Part shown: piece by piece, positions 36,993-41,666 of the stretch | How the letters are laid out: each line of letters starts with the position of its first letter | Position numbering within the stretch: the stretch's first letter is position 1 | Virus record (IMG/VR): IMGVR_UViG_3300043177_000003 | Span: 1-41,666 of that record | Length of the DNA: 41,666 nt | Reading direction: 5' to 3' (one strand) | From: a virus | Lineage: Duplodnaviria > Caudoviricetes | Translations under genes and position numbers: made by a program | Notes under the pieces: model-generated | Told to the model about the DNA's origin: nothing | The model's input: the letters and a program-made list of their open reading frames with translations, nothing else | Database searches by the model: none

Positions 36993-38448
36993 AGTCCTCT
37001 TCAGCTACTTCCTCATCGGTCTGTGCTTCAATCATTTTATCCACCAGCAGACCTAGATATGCTAAAGCGTCTACTTGGTCATCATGTCGTGCTCTTGGGA
37101 ACTTCAGGAGTTCATCTTCTAGATGAGGATACCAATCCTCTTCCTTTGCAAACCTGACTCCTCGTGCCCGGACCCGTGCTTGGAAGGATCGTGAGCGTTG
37201 AATCTTATCCTTATTCCTGTGCTTCATCGGAATTACGTTGGGAAAGGTATTCTGGACAAACATCTCTTCCCGCAAGAATGGCCCAATAGCCTTGGATATC
37301 TGCATCTCCTCAATTCCTATAGCTTCTGGTTCGTAGGTTCTATGCAAGGCAAGGATTAGATCTACGATTTCCTTTCCATCTAGTCTTTCTCGTATTACAT
37401 TTACAATATGGAGAATCCTGTCCTCATCCATTCCACCAACTATAAAAACTGTCCAGTCTGCTGTTTCTTCCTCTGAGATAGCCAAGTCTCCAGTAATATA
37501 GTATCTAAGGCGTTTCTTTCCATCATCCTTAGTACGTTCAACCAGATCTCTAAGCTTAAAGTAAGCCACGGAGTCATCAATGGGTTCATTCAGATATTCC
37601 TGTGAGTAGACATCTGATATCCCTTGGGAAAGATATTCCTCTCGTTTGGCAATGAAATATTCCTTTCCGAATCTCTCTGGCCATAGGAAGGTTGTCATTC
37701 TGTCATCGTGGGCGCGATATTTGACCGCTTTCCACATACCCCGATTTTTAAGAGAATATACTTTTAAACCTTCTTCCCGCGTCATCTTGTCCGCAAATCG
37801 AGGCATAAAACTCTCCAATAGAGAGTCCATATGAAGGATTGTACCCCAGATCCGCATTTTCCCACGCGGTGCCAAGAGAGGAACAAGTGCCCCGAAAAAC
37901 CATCTTCTTAACTTGGTGCGACGATCTTTGTTCATAACAAGTTCGTCGTTTTCCAAGTCGTCCACCAGAACTAAGTTCGGACGCTTGCCGTTCCACAAAG
38001 ATCCACGAAGTTTTTGCTCTGCACCTTTAGCTAATACACGAAATTTATGCCCATCACTGAATTGGGCTATGAACTCTGTCTCGGTGTCTTTCAGAAGTTT
38101 AACTGCACCCTTCTCATCCTTTGCCAGATTGAAGAGTTCAATGAGATCTTCGTTTTGAGTGACCTCATCTTTCATTGCTCCTACGAAAGCAGCAGCCTGA
38201 GACTCAGTATCAGAAACAACGACGCAGAAATCACTTTCTCGAAAAAGAAGCGAAGCCAGACCATAAGATATTGTCCCCGCAGTAGATTTCGCGTGCCCCC
38301 TGGGAGCAGCTACAGCAACATATTGGTAGTCTGAACACGCCAGGTCCCAGAGTTCATGGTGGAATTCTGGACTGGCTACTGATTCATCGAATCTCTTACT
38401 TAAGATTGATCCTACGAAGCCGGCTACTACGTCGGCCGTTAGTTTCAT
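36928..38448 (-). CDS. terL: Terminase large subunit
   Basis: Walker A APRGHAKST, Walker B VLVDDLE, nuclease motifs GDLAIS and HDDQVDA. Confidence 0.93.
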   Translation of the reverse strand: MKLTADVVAGFVGSILSKRFDESVASPEFHHELWDLACSDYQYVAVAAPRGHAKSTAGTISYGLASLLFRESDFCVVVSDTESQAAAFVGAMKDEVTQNEDLIELFNLAKDEKGAVKLLKDTETEFIAQFSDGHKFRVLAKGAEQKLRGSLWNGKRPNLVLVDDLENDELVMNKDRRTKLRRWFFGALVPLLAPRGKMRIWGTILHMDSLLESFMPRFADKMTREEGLKVYSLKNRGMWKAVKYRAHDDRMTTFLWPERFGKEYFIAKREEYLSQGISDVYSQEYLNEPIDDSVAYFKLRDLVERTKDDGKKRLRYYITGDLAISEEETADWTVFIVGGMDEDRILHIVNVIRERLDGKEIVDLILALHRTYEPEAIGIEEMQISKAIGPFLREEMFVQNTFPNVIPMKHRNKDKIQRSRSFQARVRARGVRFAKEEDWYPHLEDELLKFPRARHDDQVDALAYLGLLVDKMIEAQTDEEVAEEDYELELQQSGIVFDGRSAITGY

Positions 38449-39098
38449 TTTTTAAATATCTTATGATGTTCTGAGAAATCGTCTGCCCAAGTATAGTTTA
38501 TATTTCCAGCGTGCCAGACAAGTTTGGAAGCGTCATGATCTACGTAACAAGGATATTGACTCTTGGCAAAGAAGACTGTATCCTCAGTAGAATATGTCCC
38601 AGGTTTGCCATCTTTTCCGGGAATCCAGGTATGCAGGAATCTAGGTTCCTCCATCTCTTCCAAGACTCGTCTCTCCATAAGACAGAATCCGAATCCCATA
38701 TAGATAACTTCCTCAAGCCCAGATGATTCTTTAGTAGTCTTCACCTCTCCATTCCTCCATGCCATGAACGGGGCTGGGGGAGTCCTGATCCGGTAATTAC
38801 AACCTACGATAGGTTGTCTGCGGGCAGCCAGAATATGAAGAACTTGGGGATTAAACCCCATATCGTCATCGATGAACAGAAGATGGGAGGCATTCGATTT
38901 AAGGAACTCCCTCACCATCTTTTCTCTATTATGGGATACTCCAGTCCCTTCCCACATGAGAATGTCTATACTTTGTTGTTCCACCTCGGGAAAGACTCTG
39001 GTATTGCAGAAGTAGAGCATTAATCTCGCTAAGGATGTGGCGAACTGAGTCCTGCACATCCCCGAGGTTGGTATACCTACTGTTACGTCAAAATTCAT
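38445..39098 (-). CDS. GT-A fold (GT2-like) glycosyltransferase
   Basis: VTVGIPT, NR, HLLFIDDDM (DxD), GFGFCL, TEDTVF and HAG motifs. Confidence 0.8.
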   Translation of the reverse strand: MNFDVTVGIPTSGMCRTQFATSLARLMLYFCNTRVFPEVEQQSIDILMWEGTGVSHNREKMVREFLKSNASHLLFIDDDMGFNPQVLHILAARRQPIVGCNYRIRTPPAPFMAWRNGEVKTTKESSGLEEVIYMGFGFCLMERRVLEEMEEPRFLHTWIPGKDGKPGTYSTEDTVFFAKSQYPCYVDHDASKLVWHAGNINYTWADDFSEHHKIFKK

Positions 39099-39654
39099 AT
39101 TTTATCATTAAGGATGTAGCTGGATTCCGGAACATTGGAGTATATGGTCCACCTTGGGCTATTCTGGGAACAACTCTCAATTCAACTCCAATATCCTTGA
39201 GTATTTTGTATCCTACAGAGATCTCCGGGGAAACAGTCCATCTGTCGTGTTTGACAGAGATGTTGGACTTTTGAGTTGGTTGTCCTAGTGGATACCAGTC
39301 TTTTACGTTAACCTTCCAACGAGCGTTGACTGCCGAGACTCCAGCCTGCCAATACCAATTTCCGTGAGTCCATCTATAGCTTAAGGTCAGACTAAGAAGG
39401 TCACCTTTGCCTGTAAACTCTGATAGTTCTCCGACAGTCTTTCCGGAGCCATAACTAGCGTCATCAGGATCACAAAGGCAATATGAAGTTCCTCTGACCA
39501 GATAATTTACCCTGCCAACCCAAGGTCCATGAACCATCCCTATAGACAAAGCAGGGGATCTATTTGTCAGTTCATGGGGATATCTGGATTGCCACCAAGT
39601 GCCGTCTGGTGGGGATGTAAAGATCGTACCGCCGACTAAAAGTTCAAACAACAT
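39088..39654 (-). CDS. Outer-membrane beta-barrel-like protein lacking an evident signal peptide
   Basis: Amphipathic strands (LTLSYRW, WYWQAGV, ISVGYK, VELRV) and C-terminal IKYEF beta-signal. Confidence 0.55.
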   Translation of the reverse strand: MLFELLVGGTIFTSPPDGTWWQSRYPHELTNRSPALSIGMVHGPWVGRVNYLVRGTSYCLCDPDDASYGSGKTVGELSEFTGKGDLLSLTLSYRWTHGNWYWQAGVSAVNARWKVNVKDWYPLGQPTQKSNISVKHDRWTVSPEISVGYKILKDIGVELRVVPRIAQGGPYTPMFRNPATSLMIKYEF

Positions 39655-39935
39655 CAGATTTCTGGTTTGAACATCTTAATAGGTACGCTAATAAACCCGT
39701 CTGAGAATACAGAAACTACATTATCTTCATGGATAAAATAACATCCCTCGGCCTTTTTATCGCGCCGGGGATCGTGGTAAACTACAAAAAGAGAACCATC
39801 TGGACAATCCCTTTGTTCATTGTAGAGACTTAGGGTTTCCTTGGATTGAGGGTGCGTGGCTACTGAAACTACCTTGGCGTAGACGGGAGTGACAAATAAA
39901 ACAGAAAGTAACAGAGCCCTAATAAGATTAACCAT
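39654..39935 (-). CDS. Small exported protein
   Basis: Sec-type signal MVNLIRALLLSVLFVTPVYA; two Cys; AGGAG RBS. Confidence 0.7.
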   Translation of the reverse strand: MVNLIRALLLSVLFVTPVYAKVVSVATHPQSKETLSLYNEQRDCPDGSLFVVYHDPRRDKKAEGCYFIHEDNVVSVFSDGFISVPIKMFKPEI

Positions 39936-39938
39936 AAC

Positions 39939-40249
39939 TTACCTACTCCTTTCTCTCCTGCTTCTCTGGGATTTGAGGCTTCCATCTCGGTTTCGAGCAA
40001 AGGACATATTGCTAGAAGCAGATACAACACGCAAATTGCTGCGAGCATTGGAACCTCCTTTGGATATAGGAATAGAGTGGTCCAGTTGCTTAGATTTGTC
40101 TCCTTTACGGACTAACCCATCCTTTATAGCATCTCTACGGGCAACAACTCTCTTTACCCGATCTTTGAGCCTGGAACGCTTTTTGGTCTTTTCCCATTGG
40201 GCCTCGCGCTTATTCAGTAGTCGCGCACTCCGTTTTTCTGGAATGGCAC
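39939..40249 (-). pseudogene. HNH endonuclease interrupted after codon 11; not in ORF track
   Basis: GTG start MPFQKNGVRDY, then TGAAT, then KREAQWEK...KGDKSKQLDHSIPISKGGSNARSNLRVVSASSN...RSR* in a shifted frame. Confidence 0.8.
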
Positions 40250-40251
40250 GA

Positions 40252-40755
40252 CTACTGCCCTCCTTCTGGAGTCTCTTCCCCAGATAGGTAACGAAATGCT
40301 TTTAAACAGAGCATAGGATTATCCTTTAAATATCCAATTCCACGATTACACTCGTTACAGAGTAATCCTCGAATTTCTCCTGTTTCATGATTATGATCTA
40401 CAACAACTGAATCCCCTGTTTGTGGTGCTCTAGAAAGAAGCCTATTGCAAATTTTACAGGAACCTCGTTGTTCTTCCCACCTTGTCTCAAACTCATCTAA
40501 TCCCATTCCATAAATACGACGGAAATAGAGATCCTTTTTTCTTTCTGGGGTTTGAGTTAAGTTCCACTGTTTTGTGTCCTCTGCGGCACATACCTTACAT
40601 CTTGGCTGTAATACTTGATGTGGTAATCCAATCCCCCGATAAAAATTAGAGTTCTTTTTACTATATTCAGAATATGGCTTGTATACACCACATTTAGTAC
40701 AGGATCTGCCTTTAGAATCGATTGTTTTATCCGTAACGTTTGTCATGAATGGCAT
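40252..40755 (-). CDS. Endonuclease VII-family (His-Me) putative homing endonuclease
   Basis: CTKC/CKVC Zn finger, CKIC and VDHNHETGEIRGLLCNECNRGIG. Confidence 0.88.
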   Translation of the reverse strand: MPFMTNVTDKTIDSKGRSCTKCGVYKPYSEYSKKNSNFYRGIGLPHQVLQPRCKVCAAEDTKQWNLTQTPERKKDLYFRRIYGMGLDEFETRWEEQRGSCKICNRLLSRAPQTGDSVVVDHNHETGEIRGLLCNECNRGIGYLKDNPMLCLKAFRYLSGEETPEGGQ

Positions 40756-40868
40756 TATTTCTTAACCTTTTTCGGAAGAGGTCCCTTTGTTTTCTTCTGC
40801 CATTCCTTGGCCATCTTGGGTTTGTTCGCGTACATCCACGATTTCTGCGCTTTCGATTTGAATGGCAT
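40755..40868 (-). CDS. Small basic protein (37 aa) overlapping the TerS 3' end; not in ORF track
   Basis: MPFKSKAQKSWMYANKPKMAKEWQKKTKGPLPKKVKK*; GGAG RBS; TAATG overlap with EndoVII. Confidence 0.75.
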   Translation of the reverse strand: MPFKSKAQKSWMYANKPKMAKEWQKKTKGPLPKKVKK

Positions 40869-41400
40869 CTATAGGCTCCATATCCATAACTTCGATCTTC
40901 CTGACCTTCTTGGCGAATCCGGCAAAGGTCTTAGCCAAGGCATCCAACCTATCCTGAGTAGCCTTCTGAGCTTCTTCCATGACTGGTTTCTTGTCAAGAT
41001 CCAGATGCTTGTCCAGAAGATCCGAAGCCACCCTATGGGCGTCCCTCATCAAAACCGGCTTCCGAATCATCTGCCCAGTCTTGGGATCATACTGCCAATC
41101 TCCGTGTTCCAACCTCTCCAAAGTGATATCCAATGCTTTCTCAGCCACGACTTTAAGCCTTTGACTGAGTTTAATCTGTCCCTCGGCCCTAACCTCATCC
41201 GACATCTCCTTCCACCATTTCTGTGCTTTCCACACCTTAACTGTCTGGATAGGGATGTTCATCGCAGCCGCCGTAGCCGCTAAATTCCCAGTAATAAGAT
41301 ACAACTTAATACATTCCAACTTAACAGAATCTGCCCACCAACCCTTATCACCAATCTTCTTGCGTTTAGCCACTCTGTTCGGAGATTTGTCACTTAACAT
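40762..41400 (-). CDS. Putative terminase small subunit
   Basis: N-terminal HTH (LYLITGNLAATAAAMNIPIQTVKVWK); first gene of the late operon; GAGGA RBS. Confidence 0.7.
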   Translation of the reverse strand: MLSDKSPNRVAKRKKIGDKGWWADSVKLECIKLYLITGNLAATAAAMNIPIQTVKVWKAQKWWKEMSDEVRAEGQIKLSQRLKVVAEKALDITLERLEHGDWQYDPKTGQMIRKPVLMRDAHRVASDLLDKHLDLDKKPVMEEAQKATQDRLDALAKTFAGFAKKVRKIEVMDMEPIDAIQIESAEIVDVREQTQDGQGMAEENKGTSSEKG

Positions 41401-41438
41401 AAATTCCTCAATTTTCGATACTTTTTTCGTGTTTCGGC

Positions 41439-41467
41439 ATTATAACATATTTCTTTTCCCATGTCAA
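41439..41467 (-). promoter_or_regulatory. Consensus sigma70 promoter for the packaging/structural operon
   Basis: On the - strand TTGACA (41467-41462), 17-nt spacer ending in TGn, TATAAT (41444-41439). Confidence 0.9.
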
Positions 41468-41542
41468 TACCTACCCTAGTTTTATTTTCAGCTAGAATTT
41501 ACTGATGGTGGTTTACGTCATTTTATAAAGTAATCCGTTTTT

Positions 41543-41616
41543 CCCCCCCACCCCTCTTTTCTGTGGGGGACAGACAAGGGGGGCATTTTCTGACAGAAGG
41601 GGGGGTGAGGGGGGGG
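41543..41616. repeat. Imperfect C-rich/G-rich inverted repeat
   Basis: cccccccacccctcttttctgt (41543-41564) versus acagaagggggggtgagggggggg (41593-41616). Confidence 0.7.
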
Positions 41617-41622
41617 ATGCGC

Positions 41623-41635
41623 TAAGTACTTGATT
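41623..41635 (-). promoter_or_regulatory. IHF-consensus site
   Basis: On the - strand AATCAAGTACTTA matches WATCAANNNNTTR. Confidence 0.5.
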
Positions 41636-41666
41636 TTACACTTCTAGAAACATCAAACAGTTACGG

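Noticed and set aside
25897-38062. Other ACTGAAT occurrences (approx. 25897, 31300, 36017, 38056)
   Set aside because: They lie antisense within intact genes at about chance frequency, so the motif alone is not diagnostic.

Overview
Most of a podovirus-type dsDNA phage genome (P22-like portal and head-tail module), probably infecting a Gram-negative host. The window starts inside a helicase gene and ends just upstream of the small terminase, so early genes and primase are missing. The + strand arm (1-9265) holds replication and nucleotide-metabolism genes: helicase C-terminus, a family A DNA polymerase split into two genes, a putative SSB, a 5'-3' exonuclease, a Holliday-junction resolvase, a metallophosphoesterase, a holin and a class II RNR. 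The - strand arm (41400-9284) is one long late operon: TerS, an EndoVII/HNH/outer-membrane-barrel/glycosyltransferase cluster, TerL, portal, GroES, scaffold, MCP, a large mosaic fibre/adhesin block, tailspike, head-tail proteins, ejection proteins and a GH108 endolysin. The arms meet at one terminator hairpin, and each has a near-perfect sigma70 promoter. Signals missed by the ORF track: (i) three genes appear to start at near-cognate codons (ACG, ATA, ATT) behind strong RBSs; (ii) an HNH gene and a SLOG gene are reduced to fused start-plus-end stubs; (iii) an EndoVII gene appears to have captured the 5' end of an HNH gene, with a recoded start downstream, and both broken HNH genes show ACTGAAT at the break; (iv) a repeat-built fibre system shares a GxGxxN[RK]P motif and carries GC-rich swapped heads. 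No tRNA, CRISPR array, integrase or reverse transcriptase was seen. All family calls come from motif recognition by eye, not database searches.
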